This document shows, one piece after another, positions 1-8,976 of a stretch of 64,000 bases of DNA. Numbering within the stretch: the stretch's first letter is position 1; every line of letters starts with the position of its first letter. Below the pieces are notes generated by a model. The model ran no database searches. It had not been told where the DNA came from and was given only the letters and a program-made list of their open reading frames with translations. Source of the DNA: Candidatus Multivoradales bacterium (lineage in GTDB: Bacteria; Acidobacteriota; Thermoanaerobaculia; Multivoradales; JAHEKO01); NCBI GenBank assembly GCA_965223855.1, contig CBDCXM010000009.1:992001-1056000 (forward strand). Reading direction: 5' to 3'. Made by a program: the position numbers and the translations under genes.

Positions 1-1
1 G

Positions 2-3000
2 AACGGCAACGTCGTCACCCACACCTACGACGGCCTCGATCGACTCCTCGCCTCGGCGGACTCGCTGGGCCCGCTCACCGCCGCTACCTACGACGCGCGC
101 GGCAACCCGCTTGCCGAGAGCGACGCCAACGGCAACCTCACGACGAGCACCTGGGACGCGCTCGACCGGCTGGTCGAACAGGAGCTGCCGGAGGCGCGCA
201 CGCTGGCCTTCACCTGGGACGTCGCCGGCAACCGTCTCAGCGCCACCGACGCCCGTGGTGCCACCACCGGCTTCAGCTACGACACCCTCGACCGCCAGAT
301 CGAGATCACCCATCCGGAGACCGAGGGGGTCGTTTACATCGAGAGCTTCACCTGGGACGATGCCGGCAATCGCCTCACCGCCACCGACCGCCGGGGGCTG
401 ACGACGACGTTCGCCTACGACGACCTCGACCGTCTCGTCTCGGTCACCGATCCCGACCCGCTCGGCTTCGTCACCAGCTACGGCTACGACGCCGAGGGCA
501 ACCGCACCTCCGAGACCGACCGCCGCGGCATCCTCTCGCGCACCGACTACGACGCCGAGAATCGGCCCGTGCGGATCGAGCGCGACGGCCTGACGCTGCG
601 AACGATCGCCTACGACGCCGCCGGCAACCGGATCCTCGAAGTCGACGCCGAGGGGCGGCCGATCGAGTCGGCGTGGGACGAGCGCGACCTCCTCGTGGAG
701 ACTCGCTACCCGCTCGAGGACGAGGCGATGGCCTACGTGCTCGACGACCTCGGCGACCGGCTCGAGACGCGGGTCGGTGAGGGCGTGCCCGACACCACCG
801 TCTCGACCGCGACCTGGGACCTGCGCCGGCGGATGGAGAGCGAGACCAACGCCGTCGCCGAGACGACCGGCTACGAATACGACGGCAACGGCAACCGCAC
901 CGCCATGGTGCGCCCGAAGTCGACCCGCTGGGAGTACGACTTCGACGGCGCCGACCGGCTGGTGGCGGTGCGCGACCCGCTCGGCAACGAGACGACCTAC
1001 GGCTACGACGGCAACGGCAACCTCACCTCGCAGACCGACGCCGAGAACCGCACCACCACCTTCGCGTGGGATGCGCTCAACCGGCGCCTGCGGCGCACCT
1101 ATCCCGACAGCGCCTTCCGCACGGCGACCTGGGACGGCAACGGCAACCAGCTCTCGGCGACCGACGCTCTGGGCCGCACGACCACCTTCGGCTACGACGA
1201 GCTCAACCGGCTGACCACCACCGCCTACCCGTTGCCGAACCCGCCGACCGGCGACGACCTGGTGTCGATCACCACCACCTATGACGCCAACGGCAATCCG
1301 ACCGAGGTGGTCGAGAGCTACACCGGCGCCACCGGCACCCGCACCACCTCCCGCGCCTTCGACACCTTCGACCGGCTGACCGCGGTCACCGACGGCCACG
1401 GCGAGACGCTCGGCTACCAGTACACCGCGAGCGGCAACCGCGCCCGCCTCACCGATCCGGACGCGAAGGTCACCCGCTACGAGTACGACTCGAAGAACCG
1501 CACCACCCGGGTCGAGATCACCGGCTCGGGCACTACCGAGTACGCATGGCTGCCGACCGACGACCTCGCCGAGATCCGCTATCCGGAGGGCACCGTCGCC
1601 GCCTACGGCTACGACACCCCCGGCCGCGTGACCTCGATCGAGCACACCCGAGCCGCGGCGCTCGTCTCGCGCTTCGACTACGTCTACGACCCCAACGGCA
1701 ACCGCCTGACCCAGCGCGAGCAGCGTTTCGACGGCACCGACGAGCTGACCGGCTACACCTACGACGACGCCGATCGCCTCACCGAAGTCGCCTACCCCGA
1801 CCAGACCGTCACCCACACCTACGACGGCGTCTCCAACCGCCTCACCGAGACCACCGTCGATCCCGGCGGCACCACCACCGGCGACCTCAGCTACGCCTAC
1901 AACGACCGCCACCAGCTCACCGCCGTCACCGACCACCTCGATCCGACCGGCGACGTCGCCTGGACCTGGGACCCCAACGGCAACCAGACCTCGAAGACCG
2001 AGGGCGGCACTGCCACCACCACCTACACCTACGACCTCCGCGACCGCCTCATCGAGATCGCCAACGCCTCAGGCCTCCTCGGCCGCTACCGCTTCGACCA
2101 CCAGGGCCTGAGGATCTCGAAAGAAAGCGCCGCCGGAACCGAACACTTCGTCTGGGACGACCAGGCCCTCCTCCTCACCACCGACGCCACCGGCACCACC
2201 CGCGCCAAGCACAACTACGGCCCCAGAAACCTCCTCTCCGTCGAGAACGCCGGCGCCACCCGCTACTACCTCACCGACGTCCTCGGCTCCCCCTTCCAGA
2301 TCTCCAACGCCGACGGCTCCGTCGACACCTACCGCCAGTACGACGCCTGGGGCGAAGTGAGAAGCGAGGTCGTAGGAGACGCCGACCAGCGGTTTGGCTT
2401 CACGGGGTACCAGGCGGATGGGGAGAGCGGGTTGCTGTATGCGAAGGCGAGATTCTACGACGGGGCGGTGGGGCGGTTCGGGAGGGAGGATCCCTTTGAG
2501 GGTGAAGGGTTGGTGCCGCCTAGTCTTCATCGGTATTTGTATGGGTACGCGAATCCGGCCTTCTTCGTGGATCCCGACGGAAGGCAGGTCAAGTGGCAGA
2601 AGGAAGACGACATCCCCGAAGGGGTTCCCTATTTTGTAGTCGATCAGGAGATGGAGACCGGCGGATCCTTCGAGGTCTTCTTTAGTGCGGACCCTGGGGC
2701 GTGGAGCGAGGCAGATCCGATCTTGGACGGGTCCTTCTCAGCGGTTCGCGACAGGGCCAAAGAAAGACGCCACAAGGGGGTCGCTGTTGGACGAGAGACC
2801 TCGAAGAACCTGCTTGCTCAGTTGCCTGGGGTCGGACGTTTCTTCACCGAGAAAGTGGCTGAGGCCGCCGAGAGGGGGCGAAGCGCTCGGCAAAGTGCGA
2901 CTCGGCTCAACGCGACATTGGACCAGGGCCTTACTCGAAATCGCGGTGGGGACACAGAAAGCTATCTGGCAGCTTGGCAGAGATCAACGCTGGCGGACGT

Positions 3001-3628
3001 CAACCAAGGTACACAGGTTCTCAAGGAGTCGCGAGATGAAGCTGGCATAGTGGTGCGCGAGAGCGCCCGATCTCTGGGTGCGGCCATCGAGGCTGCAGAG
3101 CGCCTGAGCGTTCTCTCCCTTAGTCCTCGGGTCGCAGGCAGACTCTTCGCTGCCAGCCGGCTACGCGGCGTCAGGGGTCTTGGAAACACAGCAACGAGCC
3201 CGTGGCTAGAGGACTCGCGGGATGCCGTCGTGGCTCATCTCGAAGAGTTCAGAGAAGGTGCTTCCTACCTCGTGCCGGAGTCGACCTACGTCAATTGGAT
3301 CAAGGGAAAGAAGTCGATTGGAAGAGTAGACGGTCAGTTCGTGACCACAAGGGTAGCAATGGATCGATTGCTCTCCGATGCGAGGGGCAGAATAGGCGAA
3401 GTTAAACGCAAGCTCGGAATACCCGCCGACGCCTGGAACGAGCCCCTCTATCGAATCGATGTGGATAGCCCCCTGCTATTCAATGCTCGCTTACCCATGG
3501 GGGTCGAGTCAGGTGCCAACGACATGTTCCGATGGGGCGGGTACACTAGCGGCGGTCTCCCAGAAGCGGTGATCGACCAAGTTCCGAGCTGGGCAGTTTC
3601 TGTATCGGCGGTAGGAGTGCGACCATGA
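2..3628 (+). CDS. Rhs/YD-repeat polymorphic toxin, 5'-truncated by the window edge, with C-terminal toxin domain
   Basis: Frame open from base 2 and in frame with the 569..3628 ORF. Many YDxxGR/N repeats; Rhs core signature FGFTGYQAD..GLLYAKARFYD..GRF..EDP..RYLYGYANP..FVDPDG; variable, lower-GC C-terminus after ~2580. Confidence 0.95.
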   Translation, partial: NGNVVTHTYDGLDRLLASADSLGPLTAATYDARGNPLAESDANGNLTTSTWDALDRLVEQELPEARTLAFTWDVAGNRLSATDARGATTGFSYDTLDRQIEITHPETEGVVYIESFTWDDAGNRLTATDRRGLTTTFAYDDLDRLVSVTDPDPLGFVTSYGYDAEGNRTSETDRRGILSRTDYDAENRPVRIERDGLTLRTIAYDAAGNRILEVDAEGRPIESAWDERDLLVETRYPLEDEAMAYVLDDLGDRLETRVGEGVPDTTVSTATWDLRRRMESETNAVAETTGYEYDGNGNRTAMVRPKSTRWEYDFDGADRLVAVRDPLGNETTYGYDGNGNLTSQTDAENRTTTFAWDALNRRLRRTYPDSAFRTATWDGNGNQLSATDALGRTTTFGYDELNRLTTTAYPLPNPPTGDDLVSITTTYDANGNPTEVVESYTGATGTRTTSRAFDTFDRLTAVTDGHGETLGYQYTASGNRARLTDPDAKVTRYEYDSKNRTTRVEITGSGTTEYAWLPTDDLAEIRYPEGTVAAYGYDTPGRVTSIEHTRAAALVSRFDYVYDPNGNRLTQREQRFDGTDELTGYTYDDADRLTEVAYPDQTVTHTYDGVSNRLTETTVDPGGTTTGDLSYAYNDRHQLTAVTDHLDPTGDVAWTWDPNGNQTSKTEGGTATTTYTYDLRDRLIEIANASGLLGRYRFDHQGLRISKESAAGTEHFVWDDQALLLTTDATGTTRAKHNYGPRNLLSVENAGATRYYLTDVLGSPFQISNADGSVDTYRQYDAWGEVRSEVVGDADQRFGFTGYQADGESGLLYAKARFYDGAVGRFGREDPFEGEGLVPPSLHRYLYGYANPAFFVDPDGRQVKWQKEDDIPEGVPYFVVDQEMETGGSFEVFFSADPGAWSEADPILDGSFSAVRDRAKERRHKGVAVGRETSKNLLAQLPGVGRFFTEKVAEAAERGRSARQSATRLNATLDQGLTRNRGGDTESYLAAWQRSTLADVNQGTQVLKESRDEAGIVVRESARSLGAAIEAAERLSVLSLSPRVAGRLFAASRLRGVRGLGNTATSPWLEDSRDAVVAHLEEFREGASYLVPESTYVNWIKGKKSIGRVDGQFVTTRVAMDRLLSDARGRIGEVKRKLGIPADAWNEPLYRIDVDSPLLFNARLPMGVESGANDMFRWGGYTSGGLPEAVIDQVPSWAVSVSAVGVRP

Positions 3629-3888
3629 TTGAAGAAGTTGCGCGTGATGACGACCGGCTTTTTCGGTTGGTGAAACTCGAGGACGGGAATCTCCTGCTGA
3701 CAGTCGTGTGTGGAGGGATCGGGATGTACGAGACGCATCTCGTGCTGAGCTCGGAGGAAAGGCTGAATTGGGACGCGAACGGTGTGGCATTCCTCTCCCA
3801 GCTGGCTCGATGTATGTGCCAGAGCCAGAACATGTTCGGCAACAGACTGCTCAGACACCTACCTGAGGACGAGGCCTCGGCTGAATAG
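3625..3888 (+). CDS. putative cognate immunity protein (87 aa)
   Basis: ATGA overlap with the Rhs stop, AGGAG RBS, small size and position directly after the toxin. Confidence 0.75.
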   Translation: MIEEVARDDDRLFRLVKLEDGNLLLTVVCGGIGMYETHLVLSSEERLNWDANGVAFLSQLARCMCQSQNMFGNRLLRHLPEDEASAE

Positions 3889-3889
3889 T

Positions 3890-3932
3890 GCAGCGAGATA
3901 GAGGCAGCGAGATAGAGGCCGAGATAGAGGCC
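3890..3932. repeat. short tandem repeat (GCAGCGAGATAGAG)x2 + GCCGAGATAGAG-GCC
   Basis: Directly visible between the immunity gene stop and the left inverted repeat of the HUH element. Confidence 0.85.
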
Positions 3933-5129
3933 TCACAGGAATACTGAAGGACGCACGCTGCCGTAGCGGCTCGCGCCTCGTCCTCGCCGACCGCACCCGT
4001 TCTCCGACTCGGCAGCCTCTCGGAGCGCTTCGCAAGGGGCGTTGTCGAGCTTGTCGCCGCGACTCAGCGACCTCTCGGCAGTACTCCCGAGACACCCCTC
4101 CACGCCGCGACCGGCCGGCGCGCTTGGCGCCAACCGATCTGGCCTAGAGCGCGAACTCCTTCTAGGTCCTCAGCGGGAAGAAGCGCCCAGCCGGCAGAAA
4201 GCAGCCCGGCGGAAACTGCGCCGGCTTGCCTGCCTGCAGAGCTTCCGCAGCCCGGCGGTACTCGATCACGAACCACTGGTACGCTTCTTCCAGCGTCCTG
4301 CGAACGTTCCGGTCGATCGCATGGAACCTTGGAGCAGGTGTGCGCTGCGGGTCGCTCGAGGGGCGGTCGTGGGGGTCCTGCTTGAGGATGGCCTTCCTGC
4401 CCAGCACTTTGTGACCGTCCGTCTCCGCCTCGACCTCTCGCACGATCGAGCGAACGCGTGCCTGGCGCTGGGCCTCTGTCAGGTCACCCCAGGTCGGCAG
4501 CGGTGTGATCTCGAGTCGCTCTTCCTCGGTGAACTCGCGCTCGGGAGCTCGGTGCCCGCTCTCCCGAGCCCGGTACTGCGCAGTGCGGTCGATCCAGATA
4601 CCTTTGAGCTCTCGGCCTTCGGTCAATACCCGCAGGCTCGTGGCGCCGGGCCAGTGCCGGGGAGAAGCGACGAGCCGGTCCTTGCACCCCTGCGCGAGCA
4701 GGTAGCGCAGACGCTTCTCCGGCTGGGCCTCTTCCTCGCTCAGTTCGATGGCGGTGTAGCGGCGTTCGAAGATCCCTCCTCGCCAGTCGTGGATCCGGCC
4801 GAGTTCTTTGGCGATCTTGGACAGCGCGTAGCGCATGAAGTCGGCAAGCTGCTTTGAATCGTCGGGCCACAGGAGCAGGTGAGCGTGGTTCGAGAGGAAG
4901 ATGCAGTAGCAGACCTTCATGCCGTACTTGCGCTGGGCACGGGCCATCGCTCCGAGGATGACGGCATTCACCTTGGGCGAAGGGCGCAGCAGGAAGCGGC
5001 GCTGCACGGCGCGGGTCGTGACCTCGACGAGCCCAGGGCCGGCGAGGTGGCGAAGTCGGTAGCCCATCTCGTCTCTTCAGACGGAGGGTCCATCTGCATC
5101 CTTGCACTGGTCCTGCAGTATTCCTGTGA
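3933..5129 (-). mobile_element. putative HUH/Y1-transposase element bounded by 20-bp inverted repeats
   Basis: TCACAGGAATACTGAAGGAC (3933-3952) versus the reverse complement of 5110-5129, TCACAGGAATACTGCAGGAC (19/20); the pair encloses the transposase gene. Confidence 0.6.
4162..5067 (-). CDS. HUH (Y1) transposase, RAYT/IS200-like
   Basis: EVTTRAVQRRFLL N-terminus, CIFLSNHAHLLL HUH motif, FERRY, and YLLAQGCK..LVASP..WPG region typical of RAYT-like Y1 enzymes. Confidence 0.85.
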   Translation of the reverse strand: MGYRLRHLAGPGLVEVTTRAVQRRFLLRPSPKVNAVILGAMARAQRKYGMKVCYCIFLSNHAHLLLWPDDSKQLADFMRYALSKIAKELGRIHDWRGGIFERRYTAIELSEEEAQPEKRLRYLLAQGCKDRLVASPRHWPGATSLRVLTEGRELKGIWIDRTAQYRARESGHRAPEREFTEEERLEITPLPTWGDLTEAQRQARVRSIVREVEAETDGHKVLGRKAILKQDPHDRPSSDPQRTPAPRFHAIDRNVRRTLEEAYQWFVIEYRRAAEALQAGKPAQFPPGCFLPAGRFFPLRT

Positions 5130-5142
5130 CACCTACTTGACT

Positions 5143-5470
5143 GCGCCACCCGCTACTACCTCACCGATGTCCTCGGCTCCCCCTTCCAGATCTCCAACGC
5201 CGACGGCTCCGTCGACAGCTACCGCCAGTACGACGCCTGGGGCGAAGTGAGAAGCGAAGTCGTCGGCGACGCCGAGCAGCGGTTCGGGTTCACGGGATAC
5301 CAGGCGGATGGGGAGAGTGGGTTGCTGTATGCGAAGGCTCGGTTCTATGACGGGGCGGTGGGGCGGTTTGGTAGGGAGGATCCGTTCGAGGGTGGGGGGG
5401 TGGTGCCGCCGAGCTTGCACCGATACCTGTACGGGTACGCCAACCCTATTCGCAACGTCGATCCGAGTGG
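5143..5470 (+). repeat. diverged duplicate of the Rhs core tip (copy of ~2253-2580)
   Basis: GCGCCACCCGCTACTACCTCACCGA... begins at both 2253 and 5143 (offset 2890) and similarity continues to the DPxG motif. Confidence 0.95.
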
Positions 5471-6235
5471 AGAAGCAACGGTCAGTGTTCTTGGCTTCGA
5501 GTTCGAGGTTCCTGATGAGCTGGTCGACTTGGTCATTGCTGGCATCAACATCGCTACCGGAGCAGCGCAGGAGATCGACGACGATGTCGATCAGATCCGA
5601 GAAGTGTCTGAAGACCCAATAGCGCCTTTGCTCGATCTCGCAGGCAGAGCTCGTGAAGTGTCCGATCGCAGTCTTGAGGGTGCGCTAGATGCGACTGCTG
5701 CTCTGGTTGTAGAAGGGGCAGACGGTTTCCTTGAAGCTCGCCAAGGTCTCATTGAGAGTTCAAGTAGTCTCCTACGTTCGGAGCTGACGAGAACGGCAAG
5801 GTCGGTGCCCGTAGCCAATGCGCTTTCCCGCCTGGGGGATGCGCATGTGCTCGCGGTCGAAGGAAGCACCGGCGAAGCTCAGAGAGAGTTCGGCGCAGCT
5901 TTGGTCCAGGTGGGGCAGGACGCTATCGCGTTGTTCGGTCTTCGTGGTGCGATCCGAGGAGGGCAGACAAGCCGTGCGAGCGGACTAGGCCAGGCTAGCA
6001 GGTCTGACTCGCTGCTTGTGAACGGGCCAGGCGTCAACGTTACGGCGCGGGCGGATGCGCTGGCGTACAGGCAGATCATCGCCGGTGGTCGGCGAGGAGC
6101 GGGCACTCCCCTCACCGACCTTCGGGCTGTTGAGCGAGTGATCGGGAGAATTCCGGACGGCCCTCGCGTGACCATTACCACAGCACAAGCGGCGGCTCTT
6201 GAGGAGGCCTTGGGACTCCCAACAGGTCGGCTAGC

Positions 6236-7281
6236 TGTGGAGTCTCAAGACGTTGTTCAGTAGATGAGGTTGTCCATCCGAGCCTCTTCGTAGAGGCTTC
6301 CTGGTGTCAGACCAAGGAATCTTCAGAGGAGGAATCGGATGGACATGCATGAGAATGCCCGAAGCTGCCCTGCAAGTCGAGCGCTTCTCGTCAATCGAGT
6401 GCTGACTCAAGGTTGGTCTGTCGGCCAGGCCGCGGAGGCCATCGGAGTCTCGACACGGACCGGCTACAAGTGGCTGGCTCGCTACCGAGCCGAAGGCCGC
6501 AGTGGCCTGGCCGACCGCTCGAGTCGACCGCACCGCATCGCTCGATCCACCAGTGCTTTCCGGGTACGCCAGATCGTGAAGCTGCGTCGTCGGCGCATGT
6601 GCGGAGCCGAGATCGCCGCGCGACTCGGGATGCCTCGCTCGACCGTGGCACGGATCCTCAAGCGGGAAGGCCTGAATCGTCTCAAAGCCCTGGAGCCTCC
6701 AGAGCCGGTGGTGCGCTACGAGAAGGACCACCCTGGCGAGCTCGTGCACCTCGACATCAAGAAGCTCGGGAGGATCCGTGGGATCGGGCATCGGATCACC
6801 GGGAATCGACGCCACACGACGGCTGGAATCGGCTGGGAGTTTGTCCATGTCGCCATCGACGACGCGTCACGCCTTGCCTACGTGGAAGTCCTTCGCGACG
6901 AGCGCAAGGAGTCTGCAGTGGCCTTCCTCGAGAGAGCCGTAGCCTTCTACGAAAGCCACGGCATCCACGTCGAGCGCCTCATGACCGACAACGGGTCGTG
7001 CTACCGCTCCAAGCTCTTCGCCGACGAGCGTCGGCGGCTTGGTCTCAAGCACACCTTCACCCGGCCGTACCGGCCGAGGACCAATGGCAAGGCGGAGCGC
7101 TTCATCCAGACCTTGCTCAGAGAGTGGGCCTATCGCTTCCCCTACCGCTCTTCACGAGAGCGGACGAGACGACTCCAACGCTACCTGCACTTTTACAATC
7201 ACCATCGAATGCATCAGGCACTCCATGGACTACCGCCCATCAGCCGGCTACCCCGACTGAACAACGTCATGGGAATCCACA
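6236..7281 (+). mobile_element. IS481-family insertion sequence (1046 bp)
   Basis: Ends TGT...ACA; 25-bp terminal IRs TGTGGAGTCTCAAGACGTTGTTCAG / TGTGGATTCCCATGACGTTGTTCAG (22/25); 6-bp GCTAGC duplication at 6230-6235 and 7282-7287, matching the NCTAGN target of IS481. Confidence 0.95.
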
Positions 7282-7286
7282 GCTAG
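6339..7286 (+). CDS. IS481-family DDE transposase
   Basis: HTH N-terminus (HENAR..KWLARY..GLADRSSRP), PGELVHLDIKKLGRI, TDNG, PRTNGKAERF; the stop codon is supplied by the target TAG. Confidence 0.96.
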   Translation: MDMHENARSCPASRALLVNRVLTQGWSVGQAAEAIGVSTRTGYKWLARYRAEGRSGLADRSSRPHRIARSTSAFRVRQIVKLRRRRMCGAEIAARLGMPRSTVARILKREGLNRLKALEPPEPVVRYEKDHPGELVHLDIKKLGRIRGIGHRITGNRRHTTAGIGWEFVHVAIDDASRLAYVEVLRDERKESAVAFLERAVAFYESHGIHVERLMTDNGSCYRSKLFADERRRLGLKHTFTRPYRPRTNGKAERFIQTLLREWAYRFPYRSSRERTRRLQRYLHFYNHHRMHQALHGLPPISRLPRLNNVMGIHS

Positions 7287-7478
7287 CAGGCGGGGCGGTA
7301 CTCTCTGTCGTGGATGATGTTCAGATGCGAGCACCGCGCTCGCCCTTGGCGGGCAACGACCTGTTCCTGGGGCGAGGGAGAGGCCTGCCAGGAGGGGGAC
7401 CAGAGATCAACGTTGCCCCGATTAGCACCGCAGGCGGAGGTGGGGTACGACAGGTGATTGTGGACGTTGAGTGAAGAG

Positions 7479-7961
7479 ATGATCTTGACCGGAGAGGTTG
7501 AACCGGTAGAGAGACGAGGTTGGAGTCGTCAGTGTCCGGGTTGTCACGAGACAGTCCGGTTCACCGTACTCAATCTCAATACAGGGGTTGAGCCGTTCTT
7601 GTACTGCGATGGCGGATCCGATCTGCTCCTGCGGGAGGAGGATAGGTTGGCGCTGGCTCAGCTCGGTTCCCCCTCAGAGGCGCCCTCGCTTGAGGTCGTG
7701 CGAGCCTTCTATGAGGATCTCGAAGACAGGCTTCCCTCGTGCCCGCTCGGTGGTCGGTTTGGTGTTTGGGCCAACGCAAGGTGTCGCCATTGCGGGCGAG
7801 GCTTGCTTGGGTCTATTGCGAGAAGAGACGAGCACCTCAGGTTCTTTGAGACGAAGCTAGTTTGGCTGGAGGGAACGACAGTTTTCAGGGGGGCAAGCCT
7901 CCCTAGTAGTCGGTTGGACAAGGTCCGCGTCAGCCTCCGAGGAGAAATGCCGGGTGAGTAG
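7479..7961 (+). CDS. putative immunity protein for the orphan toxin (Cys-rich, CxxC motifs)
   Basis: Immediately follows the restored orphan-toxin stop; CPGC, CP and CRHC motifs; start could be TTG 7467 or ATG 7479. Confidence 0.65.
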   Translation: MILTGEVEPVERRGWSRQCPGCHETVRFTVLNLNTGVEPFLYCDGGSDLLLREEDRLALAQLGSPSEAPSLEVVRAFYEDLEDRLPSCPLGGRFGVWANARCRHCGRGLLGSIARRDEHLRFFETKLVWLEGTTVFRGASLPSSRLDKVRVSLRGEMPGE

Positions 7962-8051
7962 CGCCCCGGAGGAGGAGGAGAGGTGCCAACAGATCTCTGT
8001 CGACGTGGTTGGGGGCGGCATCACCCAGGTGCGCAAGTTCCGCCTATGTGA

Positions 8052-8558
8052 GTGGATCAAGAAATAGTGATCATGGGTAACTCGGAGTTGGTCATTCCAG
8101 CATTCAGGGAGTTTCTGGAGGAAGCAGAGAGGGCTTTCAAACTTCTCGCCCAACGATTCGATTTCGAGTCAGAGCGGTCAGTTCATGGTCGAGAAGCATC
8201 CTTCCTGCTCACCAAGAAGCAGCGCCTGAATCTCCGTGTTTTCTTCGAGCCGTTCACGAGTCCGTGGCTGGAAGTGGTCGGAGTCCGTCGACAAGGTCTC
8301 GTTGTTCGGACTACCTTTGAAAGGCTCCTAGGTGAGTCGCAGCGTGCGAGTACGCCACTTAGATTGACCGATCCTGACAACCCGGATCGAGCTGGCTTCA
8401 AAGTTCTCCTGACGGCTTGGGCACAAGTGTTCGCCGATAGCTTTGAAGGGCTTCTCAATGCGGAAGAGGGCGTTGGAGACATGCTAGCGGCCCTCCGCGA
8501 CCGTGGGGGGCAGTTGCCCCTTTCCCTTCCGGAGGGAGGAGAGGTGCCGGGTGAATAG
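8052..8558 (+). CDS. hypothetical protein, probable orphan immunity
   Basis: Lower-GC ORF in the immunity array. Confidence 0.55.
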   Translation: MDQEIVIMGNSELVIPAFREFLEEAERAFKLLAQRFDFESERSVHGREASFLLTKKQRLNLRVFFEPFTSPWLEVVGVRRQGLVVRTTFERLLGESQRASTPLRLTDPDNPDRAGFKVLLTAWAQVFADSFEGLLNAEEGVGDMLAALRDRGGQLPLSLPEGGEVPGE

Positions 8559-8871
8559 TGCAGTAGAAGTTGATATCGACGCTGCGCTAGCTGAAGCACT
8601 CGTCTTCTGGACGGGATGGAAGCGTACTCATAGCCCCTCCAGAGATAAGACCGAGTTTGTCAGCAAGTTTGGGCCGCGAGTTGCCGACGAACTACTACCT
8701 CGTGTGCGGCGCTTGGAAGAGGTGTTCTACAGCTCGGACGCCAGATACAAGGCCGCGAGCTTGACGGAGCTGGCTGAGCGATCGGCAGCGGATTCTCGCG
8801 AGAAGCTACCCGAGACCCCAAGGGAAGTCACAATGGCTTTGGCCTGGTGCTACGCCTTCGATTTCAAGTAG
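8551..8871 (+). CDS. hypothetical protein, probable orphan immunity
   Basis: GTG start with GGAGAGG RBS overlapping the previous stop; helical protein ending ALAWCYAFDFK. Confidence 0.6.
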   Translation: MNSAVEVDIDAALAEALVFWTGWKRTHSPSRDKTEFVSKFGPRVADELLPRVRRLEEVFYSSDARYKAASLTELAERSAADSREKLPETPREVTMALAWCYAFDFK

Positions 8872-8976
8872 GGCTTCCGCGACTCGTGCCCCCACCGAGA
8901 AGGGGTGCCGGCCGACTAGTGCAAGATTCGCTGCCTCGGTAGCACGCTCCGCCCATTGGCATGCTGAAATAGCGCC

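Larger units (their letters stand above)
5145..7474 (+). pseudogene. orphan Rhs core-tip/C-terminal toxin cassette interrupted by IS481
   Basis: Rhs core motif to NVDPSG, then a different toxin region. Removing the IS and one GCTAGC restores ...LPTGRLA-GGAVLSVVDD...VDVE-stop(7474). No full-length Rhs N-terminus. Confidence 0.85.

Noticed and set aside
5116-5150. Possible XerC/D dif site at the element end
   Set aside because: Only weak resemblance to a XerC arm, no recognisable XerD arm and no tyrosine recombinase in the window; kept as an unnamed repeat
6413-7474. 353-aa ORF overlapping IS481
   Set aside because: Chimera of an IS off-frame and the true 3' end of the interrupted toxin; only 7288-7474 is likely real coding sequence
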